Shown here in pieces: positions 1-9,053 of a stretch of 64,000 nt of DNA (within the stretch, counting starts at the first letter, position 1; each line of letters opens with the position of its first letter). The position numbers were made by a program, and so were the translations under genes. Below the pieces are notes generated by a model. The model had not been told where the DNA came from and did not search any database. It saw only the letters and a program-made list of their open reading frames with translations. This DNA is from Tepidisphaeraceae bacterium (GTDB lineage Bacteria; Planctomycetota; Phycisphaerae; Tepidisphaerales; Tepidisphaeraceae): the NCBI GenBank assembly GCA_036387255.1, contig DASVUC010000183.1:10973-74972 (forward strand), written 5' to 3'.

Positions 1-906
1 GCTGTTGCCCTGGATGACGAAGTCGTGGTTGTCGCCCTCGAAGCGCAATGCTGCGGACCACTGATCCTTGCAATACATCACCAGGTTGTTCTGGATCGTG
101 ACGTTGCTGGTGTGGAAGAAGAGGACGGCTTTGCCGTTGGTATCGAAGACGTTGTTGGTGATGCGGATGTTGGACTGAGGGACGGCGATGGCTTCGAATG
201 CGACGGCCGCTTCCACGGTAGTGGTGCCCTGTCCGCCGAAGTTTCGGATGAAGGCGTTGGAATCGATGATGACGTTGGAGAGGTTGCCGCCGGAAATCCC
301 GCCGTCCGTGAAGATACCGCGGCCACCGTTCAAACCCGGGTTGTTGTTGTCGCGGAAAAGGTTGTGATAGATGACCGCAGGCTTCGCGTCGTTGTAGTTG
401 GCCAGGAACAAGCCGGCCACGTTGTTCTGAACGATATTGTTGAAGACGTGCGTGCCGGAAACCTTGGGGGCGATGACGATGCCAGCGCCGGAGTAAACAG
501 ATTGATTCGTTTCGTTCTGTACGGTGAAGCCGTCAATCGTGACGTCATCGGCGGCGATATAGAACGAGGCGCTGCGGGTGCTGTCGGTGGCGTTGAGTGC
601 GCCATTCATCACGCTCTCACTCGTGACCGCGCGCATGTTCGAGCGCGCGTCGACTCCCGCGCCGGCGCCGCGCAGTGTGAGCTGTTTGCTGATCCAGACC
701 ATCTCGTTGTACTGGCCAGGATCGACGGTGATGGTGGCGCCGGGAGCGGCGGCATCGACGGCGCCTTGGATGGTCGAGAAAACGGTTGAGTTGCCGACGA
801 TATGGGCGGCGAGCATCTGGCGATGCTCGAGCACCTCGAAGCTGGCGCGCTGAAGGGCGTGCCGCTGCTTGTGCGAACTGCGTGAGACTTTCTGCTGCGA
901 GATCAT
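1..906 (-). CDS. Secreted right-handed parallel beta-helix (pectin-lyase-fold) repeat protein; C-terminus runs off the left edge of the window
   Basis: Absent from the ORF track because it has no stop in the window. My translation of the minus strand from ATG 906 gives MISQQKVSRSSHKQRHALQRASFEVLEHRQMLAAHIVGNSTVFSTIQGAVDAAAPGATITVDPGQYNEMVWISKQLTLRGAG...FNNIVQNNVAGLFL...ITNNVFDTNG...TIQNNLVMY, open down to base 1. AGAGG lies 6 nt upstream of ATG 906. In-frame alternative ATGs at 936 and 993 lack an SD. Confidence 0.75.
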   Translation of the reverse strand, partial: MISQQKVSRSSHKQRHALQRASFEVLEHRQMLAAHIVGNSTVFSTIQGAVDAAAPGATITVDPGQYNEMVWISKQLTLRGAGAGVDARSNMRAVTSESVMNGALNATDSTRSASFYIAADDVTIDGFTVQNETNQSVYSGAGIVIAPKVSGTHVFNNIVQNNVAGLFLANYNDAKPAVIYHNLFRDNNNPGLNGGRGIFTDGGISGGNLSNVIIDSNAFIRNFGGQGTTTVEAAVAFEAIAVPQSNIRITNNVFDTNGKAVLFFHTSNVTIQNNLVMYCKDQWSAALRFEGDNHDFVIQGNS

Positions 907-1187
907 AAAACGCCTCTGGCTGTCGACGAAGATCATGCTGCACACGCAGACGGAACAGACGGCGCCGTTGTCACAGTCGGAATAACCGGCCATGCGAGCG
1001 CACCGGCGGCGCGTGCAGAAGAATCAGTGTCGATGGGTCCAGTATTCGTTACAGCGTCGCAGCGGCAAACGCAGACTTGCCCGAAGCAGCGTCCGAAATA
1101 ACACTGCCGCGGAAGATGGAGGATTTGCTCTGGGAGCAGGAGAAAGAGCGCACGTGCCGTTGGCGCACGGAACCCCGCGCGGGCTAG

Positions 1188-2360
1188 CTAGGTAGTCGAG
1201 ACGCTGCGGAGCGCATCCATCGCCACCGTTTCCCAGACGCTTTTCAGCGGCATTTGCGTCGCTTCCGCTATTTTCCGGCAGTCGTCGTGCTCGGGCATCA
1301 CACCGGCAACCTCGCTGCCGATCCACTTGATCTTCACCCGCGCCTGACCGAGCGAGGTCTCGACACTGCGGATCTCGCGGCGCGCTTCGTGACGGTGCTG
1401 GATGGAATGTACGCGCACGCCGAGCGTTGTTGTCTCGCGCAGGAACACTTGTGCGAGCGCGGGCTCATTCGCGGCGGGCGCCAGCGCGCTGAGCACCACG
1501 CCAGGCCTGCCCTTCTTCATCTGCACGGGCGTAATCCAGACGTCCTTGGCGCCGGCGGCAAAGAGCTTCTCGGTGATCGCCTGGTAGAACTGCGGGTTCA
1601 TGTCGTCGATGTTGGTCTCAAGCTGCACCATCGGCCCGCGGTGCTGAAGCTCACCAAGCCACATCCGCGCGATGTTCGGCCAGACCGTGTCCTTGGAACC
1701 GGCGCCCATACCGATCTTCGTGAGCGTCATCGAGGGCTGCTCAAAGGTCGCGCACTCGGCGAGGATGGCAGCGCCAGTGGGCGTCACCCACTCGCCGGGA
1801 CCAGGCCCGGGCCTGGTCGGGGCGCTGACGGCCGCGAGCAGTTCCAGTGTCGCGGGGGCGGGCAGCGGGATCTGTCCGTGAGCCATATGACCAAAGCCAT
1901 CACCCAATGGAACGGGCGAGGCGAAGATGCGCTCGATGCCCAGGTCGTGAATACCGGCCGATGCGCCGACGATGTCGATGATGGCGTCGACCGCGCCGAC
2001 TTCGTGAAAGTGAATTTTCTCGCGCGTGGTGCCGTGCACGCGCGCCTCGGCGTCGGCGAGTCTTGTGAAGATCGCGATGGCGCGCTGCTTTACCACGTCG
2101 GCAAGGTCCGCGGCTTCGATGATGGCGACCACGTGCTTGAGGTGGCGGTGGGCGTGACCTTCCCTGGCGCGCACATCCACGAACTTCGCGCGAATGGAGT
2201 TCTTCTTCACATCCCGCGCTTCAATCGACCATTCCTCAGCCGGAAGCTTCAGCCGCTCGACAGTCTGGCGCAGGCGCTCGACCGGCCAGCCGCAATCCAC
2301 AAGACAACCCAGGAACATATCGCCGGAAAGTCCGGATGGCAGATCCAGATACGCAATCAT
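1188..2360 (-). CDS. larC: Nickel-pincer cofactor biosynthesis protein LarC (nickel insertase, DUF111 family)
   Basis: ORF 1188..2381. MIAYLDLPSGLSGDMFLGCLVDCG and IHFHEVGAVDAIIDIVG are typical LarC/DUF111 motifs. Start moved to ATG 2360 (MIAYLD). Confidence 0.85.
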   Translation of the reverse strand: MIAYLDLPSGLSGDMFLGCLVDCGWPVERLRQTVERLKLPAEEWSIEARDVKKNSIRAKFVDVRAREGHAHRHLKHVVAIIEAADLADVVKQRAIAIFTRLADAEARVHGTTREKIHFHEVGAVDAIIDIVGASAGIHDLGIERIFASPVPLGDGFGHMAHGQIPLPAPATLELLAAVSAPTRPGPGPGEWVTPTGAAILAECATFEQPSMTLTKIGMGAGSKDTVWPNIARMWLGELQHRGPMVQLETNIDDMNPQFYQAITEKLFAAGAKDVWITPVQMKKGRPGVVLSALAPAANEPALAQVFLRETTTLGVRVHSIQHRHEARREIRSVETSLGQARVKIKWIGSEVAGVMPEHDDCRKIAEATQMPLKSVWETVAMDALRSVSTT

Positions 2361-2438
2361 TCTCACTCTCTCTCGTAGCATTGGCGTCTGGCCAATGCCT
2401 TACCGATGGGCATGGGCGAGACGCCCGTGCTGCGCAGA

Positions 2439-3488
2439 TCATCCCAGCCATTCAGGGTGGTGCGCCGTCCCATCATACATGGAAGTGGTCTTGAAAGGTT
2501 CGAACTTGCCGCTGGGGGCGGCTTGTTTGGTCTTCTCAAGCAGTGCCGCAACCTGATCTGGCTTCATCGGCTGGAAGGTCTTCACCGCATCCAGCGCCTG
2601 ATTCAGGATCTTCTCCGTGTCCATTCCCGTGATGACAACGCTGGTCGGCATGCTCATCGCAAAGTGCAGGCACTCCGTCGCGGAGACGGTTTTGCTCTTG
2701 AGCGCATGTCCACCCGCCAGCGTCTTCATCGCCAGCACACCCATGTTGCGCTTCACGAGTTCGGGAATCACCTTCTGCGTGAAGCTGCGGAAATGCGCAT
2801 CAAGCACATTCACCGGCATCTGCGCCGTTTCCATCCGCGCCTTGTGCTGATCGGCGATCTCCAGCATGCGGAGGTGGACGATCGGGTCCTTGTGGCCCGT
2901 GAAGCCGATGAAGCGAATTTTCCCGGCCTTTTGCGCTTCGACCAGCGCTTCGTTCGCGCCGCCTGGTGCGAACACGCGGTCCGGATCTTCCATCCGAATA
3001 ATCTCGTGATGCTGCACAAGATCAATCCGGTCCGTCTGAAGGCGCTTCAGGCATTCATCAAGCTGGCGAGCGGCATGCTGCCTGGTTCTGCCATCGATCT
3101 TGGTCATGAGGAAGACCTTGTCGCGATAGCCGTCGCGCAGCGCTTTGCCCATACGGATTTCACTGCCGCCGTTGTGATAGTCCCAGCAGTTGTCCATGAA
3201 GGTGATGCCGCGGTCGATCGCGGTGCGGATCAGGCGGATCGACTCCTCCTCCTCCTTCTGCATCCCGATGTGGTAGCCGCCCAGGCCGATGATCGAGACG
3301 CTGTCACCCGTGCTGCCGAGCTTGCGATAGAGCATATCGCCGCGGCGCTCGGATTCCGGCGCTTTCATATCTGATAGCCCCCCCGCCGCTTCTTGTGCAC
3401 GGAGCATGGTGGTGCCGGCGGCCATCGCCGCCGTCGCGCCCGCGACCGCCGCCGTCAATTTCAGCACGTCACGCCGAGAGGATTCCAT
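2439..3488 (-). CDS. Aldo/keto reductase with twin-arginine (Tat) signal peptide
   Basis: MESSRRDVLKLTAAVAGATAAMAAG has an S-R-R-x-x-L-K Tat box plus an h-region. AKR core motifs: FMDNCWDYHNGGSE, FLMTK, DLVQHH. GAAGGAG lies 5 nt upstream of ATG 3488. Confidence 0.85.
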   Translation of the reverse strand: MESSRRDVLKLTAAVAGATAAMAAGTTMLRAQEAAGGLSDMKAPESERRGDMLYRKLGSTGDSVSIIGLGGYHIGMQKEEEESIRLIRTAIDRGITFMDNCWDYHNGGSEIRMGKALRDGYRDKVFLMTKIDGRTRQHAARQLDECLKRLQTDRIDLVQHHEIIRMEDPDRVFAPGGANEALVEAQKAGKIRFIGFTGHKDPIVHLRMLEIADQHKARMETAQMPVNVLDAHFRSFTQKVIPELVKRNMGVLAMKTLAGGHALKSKTVSATECLHFAMSMPTSVVITGMDTEKILNQALDAVKTFQPMKPDQVAALLEKTKQAAPSGKFEPFKTTSMYDGTAHHPEWLG

Positions 3489-3517
3489 CGTTTTCTCCTT
3501 CCCCCCGGGGAAAAAGA

Positions 3518-4564
3518 TCAGCCTTCCCAATCCTTGTAGTCATCCGAGCGGTGGTAGTGATCCGACGTCTTGAACGGCTCGAACTTCCCCTGCGCCGCCG
3601 CATCGCGCGTGCGATCCAGCAGCGCCGCCACCTGATCCTCACTCATCGGCTTGAACGTGCGCGCCGCTTCGAACGCCTGGTCGATCAGTTCGATCTTGTC
3701 GATGCCGCAGATGACGACGTTCGTGGGCAGGTTCAGCGCGTAGTGAATGCACTCGATCGCGTTCACCTTGCCGCTCTTGAGGATGCTCCCCATGCCCAGT
3801 GATTTCATCCCCAGCACGCCGATCTGTTCCTTCACCAGCACCGGCAGCACCTGCTTCTCGAAGCTGCGGAAATGCGCGTCCATCACGTTGAGCGGCATCT
3901 GCACGGTGTCAAAGTGGTACCCATGCTTCTTCGCCGTCTCGATCATCTTCAGGTGCGCGGCCGGATCTTTATGACCGGTGAAACCGATAAAGCGCACCTT
4001 CCCCGCCTTCTGCGCTTCGAGCAGCGCCGCATGCGCGCCGTCTTCCCCCATGATCTTCTCCGGATCATCGTGCGGCTCAATCGCGTGGTGCTGGATCAAA
4101 TCCAGGTGATCCGTTTGTAAGCGCTGGAGGCATTGATTGAGTTCTTCAGCGGCTTTCTTTTTGTCACGGCCGTTGATCTTGGTCATGAGAAAGACCTTGT
4201 CGCGATAGCCGTCGCGCAGCGCCTTGCCCATGCGGATTTCACTGCCGCCGTTGTGATAATCCCAGGAGTTGTCGAGAAAGGTGATGCCGCGATCGACGGC
4301 CGTGCGGACGATGCGGATGCTTTCCTGTTCGTCCTTCGGCTCGCCCATGTGATGTCCGCCGAGACCAATCGCCGAAACGGTGACGCCGGTTTTTCCAAGC
4401 GGACGATAGATCATGTCGCCTTTGCGCGTCGTCTCGGGCGGCGAGCCGCGCGTTGCCGGACCTTCCTCCGCAGCAAGCACATTGGACAGCCCAGACGCCA
4501 TGGCGGTGGTGATTCCGGTGACTGCGGCGGCGACTTTCAACACATCTCGACGCGATCTCTCCAT
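3518..4564 (-). CDS. Aldo/keto reductase with Tat signal peptide, tandem paralog of 2439..3488
   Basis: MERSRRDVLKVAAAVTGITTAMASG. Long identical blocks with the neighbour (NGGSEIRMGKALRDGYRDKVFLMTKI, DAHFRSF, GKFEPFKT). The track start at 4570 is TTG; ATG 4564 has GGAG upstream. Confidence 0.85.
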   Translation of the reverse strand: MERSRRDVLKVAAAVTGITTAMASGLSNVLAAEEGPATRGSPPETTRKGDMIYRPLGKTGVTVSAIGLGGHHMGEPKDEQESIRIVRTAVDRGITFLDNSWDYHNGGSEIRMGKALRDGYRDKVFLMTKINGRDKKKAAEELNQCLQRLQTDHLDLIQHHAIEPHDDPEKIMGEDGAHAALLEAQKAGKVRFIGFTGHKDPAAHLKMIETAKKHGYHFDTVQMPLNVMDAHFRSFEKQVLPVLVKEQIGVLGMKSLGMGSILKSGKVNAIECIHYALNLPTNVVICGIDKIELIDQAFEAARTFKPMSEDQVAALLDRTRDAAAQGKFEPFKTSDHYHRSDDYKDWEG

Positions 4565-4661
4565 GAGCAACTCCGATGACTCGAAGGGCGAGTCTAGTTG
4601 CTCCGCAATCTCCGCGACTACTGCGAAAAGCGCAATAGCAGAGGCCGATCACACACCGAGT

Positions 4662-6815
4662 TCACCTGTCGTTCTTCCCCCCGATGGGCGCCGCTCCCGT
4701 CTGCGCCTGGATCAATTGCCGCGCCTCGTCCATCGGGTGCCACCTCACCGCGCCGTCCACATAAAGGATGTTCATCCCATCCCCGTCGTGATCCGCTTCC
4801 TTCTCATACAGGAGGATCGTGCCGGCCGGCGAAGATGGCGTGAGGCCTTTGCCCAGGTAGATGTAGTCCCCCGCGGTATTGACCCACTTCGCAAGCTCCG
4901 CGCCGGACGCAGCATTAACGTTGCCCGGAACATCGGTGTCGCCGGAAGGACAGACAAACAGTCCCGGGTCCAGTTTCCGCTCCGCGGCAAGCGTGCCCAG
5001 ATCGTCGGGAAACTGCCCCTTGTGCTCCTGGGCATGTTCAATGGCGGCGGTGGCGATTTCCCGCATATCCGCGGCACACTTCACGCGGTTTGCCGTCTCG
5101 CGGGCACGGTTCAAGGAAGGCAACAGAACGCTCACACCCAGCGCCACCGTCCCCACCTCAACCAGTCCATTGCCGGAGATCATCGTCGCGCCGGGGAATG
5201 GGGTCGAGGTGTTGGTGTGGAATCCTGCGTTGTCCGTCCATGCCACCGAGGCGATCGGGCTGAACTCCGCCTGCATCGCCTCGACGCTGGGGAGCGGGTT
5301 CGCGGGGAAGTTAAATCCGCTTGAAGGGCCAGCCATCAGCAGCATGTCGACCATCGCGCGGAGCGTTGTGTACGTCGTTGCGCCCGTGGCCGGCAGATCA
5401 ATGAACTGCACGCTGCGCGGCGACGCCCCCGCCGGCAAGTTCTTCTGAAGCAGCGCGAAGCTCTGGCTTTGAGAAAAAGATGCGCCCTGGAAGCTCGCCG
5501 CCGCCAACGCGCCCTCCGGACTGGGCGCGACAAAGACGAAACCCTCTCGAATCACCCACGACGGCGAAATCGCCTGCCCCGCCAGTGTCGTGACCGTCAG
5601 ATCCTCCACTTTCGTCTGCTGCACTTTGAAGCGATACTGATTGTTGGGGTTTTTGTGACTCTGCGACAGGTTCGCGATTGCATAGCTCGCGGCACGCAGA
5701 CCGTTGGCGGCTTTCTTCGCATCAGCCAACTTCCCGACGAGCACTGAGTTTTGCAGCGCGTTCTCCCCCGGCTTCATTGGAAGCTGGTAGATGGCCCAGT
5801 TGCTTCCGATCGGTCCAAATAAATCGTTGATGGGGTCACACCCGAGGTACATCTGGAGAAACCCGATGCCGCGGTCGTAATTCTGCACCGCCTCCGCGCC
5901 GGCCTTGGCGACGGCGCCGCGAACCGTCTTGTGCAGATCCAGGAGATTCAGGTGAAGCGTCTGGAGCGACGTTGCATTTGCCGGAACTTTCTGCAGCAGG
6001 GTGGCGTCCACCGCCCCTTGATCCCAGAGCGACAGCAAACCCGAGCGCGGCTGCGGCGCTTCCACAAAGCTCCTGGTAGAGAAGTTCGCCCCGGCGAGTC
6101 CCCCGGTCATCACCACGCGCTTGAGTGCGCGGATTCCCAGTGCATCCACCACCGCCATCGGCGTTTGATCCTGAGGGTTGGCTCGAACGGATTTATCGAA
6201 GATGCCCATCGCCCGCTCGGCGTCAAAGTAGATCATCACCAGCGGATCCGCGTTGACGTGCTGAAGCGACGACTTGAAAGCCGGCGCTCCATCGAGCCCC
6301 AGCTTCCTTGGCGTTTCGTCAATCGTCATGCGCACCAGCGATCCGCTGCGCGTGATTTGTGTCTTCAACTTACTGTCGGGCTTTGCCGGGCCTGCCAGCT
6401 CGTGCGCCCATTTCTCCAGCGATTCGGCGTCGGCTCCGGCGTCGCAGACGAAGCCGCAGGAAAGCTCCGGCGACGTGCCGCGCATCGGTTCCTCGCAAAG
6501 ATAAAAAGCGAAACCTCGCCGCCCCACCACTTCACCGATGGAAGCCGCCTGCGCCATCTGCGTCGCGCCTTGAGGATCTTTTGCCAGCGTGCGCTCCAGC
6601 ACCTGCGGAAGCACCTGCCGATAGAACTCGGCGAACTGCGATGCCTTGATCACATTTTGAAGATGCGACCCGCTGTAGGAGGGGCCAAGGCTCTCGGTCC
6701 CAGCGAAGCCGATATACAAGATGGCGTCGGCGGGCACCTGTGCCGCCTGCGGCGCAGCGGAAACGGGGACAGCGAAGCCAATCCAAACCAACAACGCGAC
6801 GATCAAACGGCGCAT
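4662..6815 (-). CDS. Exported protein: signal peptide, ~550-aa unknown domain, then a C-terminal TM helix and DUF1559/H-X9-DG-like pseudopilin domain
   Basis: ATG 6815 (MRRLIVALLVWIGFAVPVSAAPQ) is preceded by GGGAGGA. The C-terminal 170 aa read LVEVGTVALGVSVLLPSLNRARETANRVKCAADMREI...LLYEKEADHDGDGMNILYVDGAVRW. This resembles planctomycete prepilin-like DUF1559 proteins but sits at the C-terminus. Confidence 0.7.
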   Translation of the reverse strand: MRRLIVALLVWIGFAVPVSAAPQAAQVPADAILYIGFAGTESLGPSYSGSHLQNVIKASQFAEFYRQVLPQVLERTLAKDPQGATQMAQAASIGEVVGRRGFAFYLCEEPMRGTSPELSCGFVCDAGADAESLEKWAHELAGPAKPDSKLKTQITRSGSLVRMTIDETPRKLGLDGAPAFKSSLQHVNADPLVMIYFDAERAMGIFDKSVRANPQDQTPMAVVDALGIRALKRVVMTGGLAGANFSTRSFVEAPQPRSGLLSLWDQGAVDATLLQKVPANATSLQTLHLNLLDLHKTVRGAVAKAGAEAVQNYDRGIGFLQMYLGCDPINDLFGPIGSNWAIYQLPMKPGENALQNSVLVGKLADAKKAANGLRAASYAIANLSQSHKNPNNQYRFKVQQTKVEDLTVTTLAGQAISPSWVIREGFVFVAPSPEGALAAASFQGASFSQSQSFALLQKNLPAGASPRSVQFIDLPATGATTYTTLRAMVDMLLMAGPSSGFNFPANPLPSVEAMQAEFSPIASVAWTDNAGFHTNTSTPFPGATMISGNGLVEVGTVALGVSVLLPSLNRARETANRVKCAADMREIATAAIEHAQEHKGQFPDDLGTLAAERKLDPGLFVCPSGDTDVPGNVNAASGAELAKWVNTAGDYIYLGKGLTPSSPAGTILLYEKEADHDGDGMNILYVDGAVRWHPMDEARQLIQAQTGAAPIGGKNDR

Positions 6816-6949
6816 AAGCGTCCTCCCAGGAAGTGATGCGCACGATGATGTGCAACGCCGCGCCGATCCGCAAGTAGGGACGTCACTTGTAGTATCCAAG
6901 GAGGACGACACCGGTGTCGTCCCCTAAGAACCATTAGCGACGCACAGGG

Positions 6950-8062
6950 TTAGAAAACATGCTCCCCCGCATCGCTTCGCAGCCGAAACACCTTCTTGTC
7001 CAGATTGTGCACCGTCTTGATGTACCGCACGGTCTGGTGCTTGGCGCGCATGAGGATCGAGTGCGTAATGGCGTGCGTATCCTCATTGCGAATACCGGGA
7101 AGCAGTGCGGAATCGCTGATTCCGGTCGCCGCGAACAAGATCCGGTTGCCCTTCGCCAGATCGTCCGCGGTATAGACCTTCGCCAGATCCGTATCCGTCA
7201 CGCCCGATGCTTTGAGGGATTGCCGCTCCGCGTCATCGCGAGGCCACATCTGAGCCAGAATCTCCCCGCCCAGACATTTGATCCCCGCCGCCGCCAGCAC
7301 CGCCTCAGGTGAGCCGCCCGTGCCCATGTAGATATCGACGCCGCTGCCCGGCAAGCACGGGGCGATCGCCGCCGCGATATCACCATCCGAGATCAACCGG
7401 ATCGCCGCCCCCGCGCGCCGCACATCATGAATCAGCCGCTCATGTCGCGCCCGATCCAGGATCACCACCGTCAGATCCTGCACGCGCTTGCCCAGCTTCA
7501 GCGCCGCGATCTCCAGGTTGTCCTGAACCGAATCGCCCAGCCGAATCCGTCCTGGCCCCGCCTTCACGCGGGGGCCGAAGCTGATCTTGTTCATGTAGAA
7601 GCTGGGAATGTCCGCCAGCAGCGAATGACAATCATCTTTGCCATCCTCACAGCTTGCCGCCGCGATAACGGAGATGGCCCCGGGCAATCCCTTGCTCACG
7701 ATCGTCGTCCCATCGACCGGATCGATCGCGATCGCCACCTTCAGCGATCCTTTGCACCACGTGCCAAGCTTTTCGCCTTTGAAAATGCCAGGCGCGCCGT
7801 CTTTGATCCCCTCGCCGATGGTGACCATGCCGGAGATGTTGACGGTATCAAACAGACCTCGGATCGCATCGCAGGCGGCAAAGTCAGCGGATTCTTTGTC
7901 TCCCTTGCCGAGCCACTTGTATGCGGAAAGCGCGCCCGATTCAGTTGCGCGAATGAACTCCGACCCCACCAGCCGCTCCAGATCAATCAGTGGCGATGCC
8001 GCCTCGGAAGCACTGTTTGTTCGGTTGATCGAGCGCGTATCGGTGCCGGAGACTGAGCTCAT
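6950..8062 (-). CDS. glpX: Class II fructose-1,6-bisphosphatase GlpX
   Basis: Motifs: RATESGALSAYKWLGKGDKESAD, IAIDPVDGT, YMGTGGSPEAVLAAAGIKCLGG. The AAGGAG SD precedes ATG 8062 (MSSVSG). The track's upstream extension to 8335 is Arg-rich junk. Confidence 0.9.
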   Translation of the reverse strand: MSSVSGTDTRSINRTNSASEAASPLIDLERLVGSEFIRATESGALSAYKWLGKGDKESADFAACDAIRGLFDTVNISGMVTIGEGIKDGAPGIFKGEKLGTWCKGSLKVAIAIDPVDGTTIVSKGLPGAISVIAAASCEDGKDDCHSLLADIPSFYMNKISFGPRVKAGPGRIRLGDSVQDNLEIAALKLGKRVQDLTVVILDRARHERLIHDVRRAGAAIRLISDGDIAAAIAPCLPGSGVDIYMGTGGSPEAVLAAAGIKCLGGEILAQMWPRDDAERQSLKASGVTDTDLAKVYTADDLAKGNRILFAATGISDSALLPGIRNEDTHAITHSILMRAKHQTVRYIKTVHNLDKKVFRLRSDAGEHVF

Positions 8063-8177
8063 CCCTCGCTCCTTGCTGATCTGAGGTGAAGGCGAGATCA
8101 GAAAAATACCAGACGAGTGCCGACGCTGTGAACGAGCAATCTCATCCGCGCGCCTTTTCTCGATACGTTGCCGGCCT

Positions 8178-9026
8178 CTATTTTTCCAGCAAATCCCGCC
8201 ATTCCCCCGGATCCACGTGCACCGAGTAGCGTCCTCCCCTCTCCTCCACATGAAGGGTGCACCGGTAAACCTTGGAAAGCGATTCTGCCTGTAACACCTG
8301 CGCCGGCGTGCCCGCCGCCGCCACCTTCCCGTCATCCAGCAGCAAGACCGCGCTCGTCGCCGGCGGTAGCTCTTCCAAATGATGCGTGATCATCACCGCT
8401 GTCAGGTCATGTTTCGGGTTGTCAAAAAGGCCCTGCACCGTCGCCAGCACCTGCTCTCGCGCCAGCAGATCCAAGCCAGCCGTCGGTTCATCGAGCAACA
8501 GCAACTTTGGCTCTGATGCCAGCGCGCGAGCGATCAGCGTGCGTACGCGCTCGCCGCTGGAGAGCACCTCATAGCGCTGATCCGCAATTTTGCTCAGTCC
8601 CACCCGCCGAAGTAGATCGTCCGCCTGCTCGGTCATCCCAATCGTAACGGCATCATACAAACCGAGTGTGCCGAAGAATCCTGTCAGCACCGCCTCGCGC
8701 GCCGTGAGCGACGGGTCCACATCATAAGGCCCCGCCGCCTGCACCAATCGAATCTGATGCCGCAATGCCGGCAGATCGGTTTCGCCAAACGCGTGGCCCA
8801 ACACCTCCACTTCCCCCGCCGTCGGATAAAGATGCGCCGCCAAGATCCTCGTCAAGGTGGACTTCCCCGACCCGTTGGGCCCCAGGATCGCGCAGCAGGT
8901 CCGCGTCGGCACGCGCCACGAGACCTCCTTTAAAATCCACCGCTCGTTCCGCAGCACCCCCACGCCCGCCAGCGCGAAGGCCGGTTGCTCCCCTGCTGTG
9001 TCTGAAGTAGCTTCGCCGCCTAACAT
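8178..9026 (-). CDS. ABC transporter ATP-binding protein (stand-alone, no permease adjacent)
   Basis: Walker A GPNGSGKST, signature LSSGERVR, Walker B LLLLDEPTAGLD. Confidence 0.85.
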   Translation of the reverse strand: MLGGEATSDTAGEQPAFALAGVGVLRNERWILKEVSWRVPTRTCCAILGPNGSGKSTLTRILAAHLYPTAGEVEVLGHAFGETDLPALRHQIRLVQAAGPYDVDPSLTAREAVLTGFFGTLGLYDAVTIGMTEQADDLLRRVGLSKIADQRYEVLSSGERVRTLIARALASEPKLLLLDEPTAGLDLLAREQVLATVQGLFDNPKHDLTAVMITHHLEELPPATSAVLLLDDGKVAAAGTPAQVLQAESLSKVYRCTLHVEERGGRYSVHVDPGEWRDLLEK

Positions 9027-9053
9027 CGCAAGTTCACGAGCTTAAAGGACAAG

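Noticed and set aside
8063-8335. A 91-codon N-terminal extension of glpX given by the longest-ORF track.
   Set aside because: The extension is Arg/Trp/Cys-rich junk. A strong AAGGAG SD precedes ATG 8062, and homologous GlpX sequence begins there.
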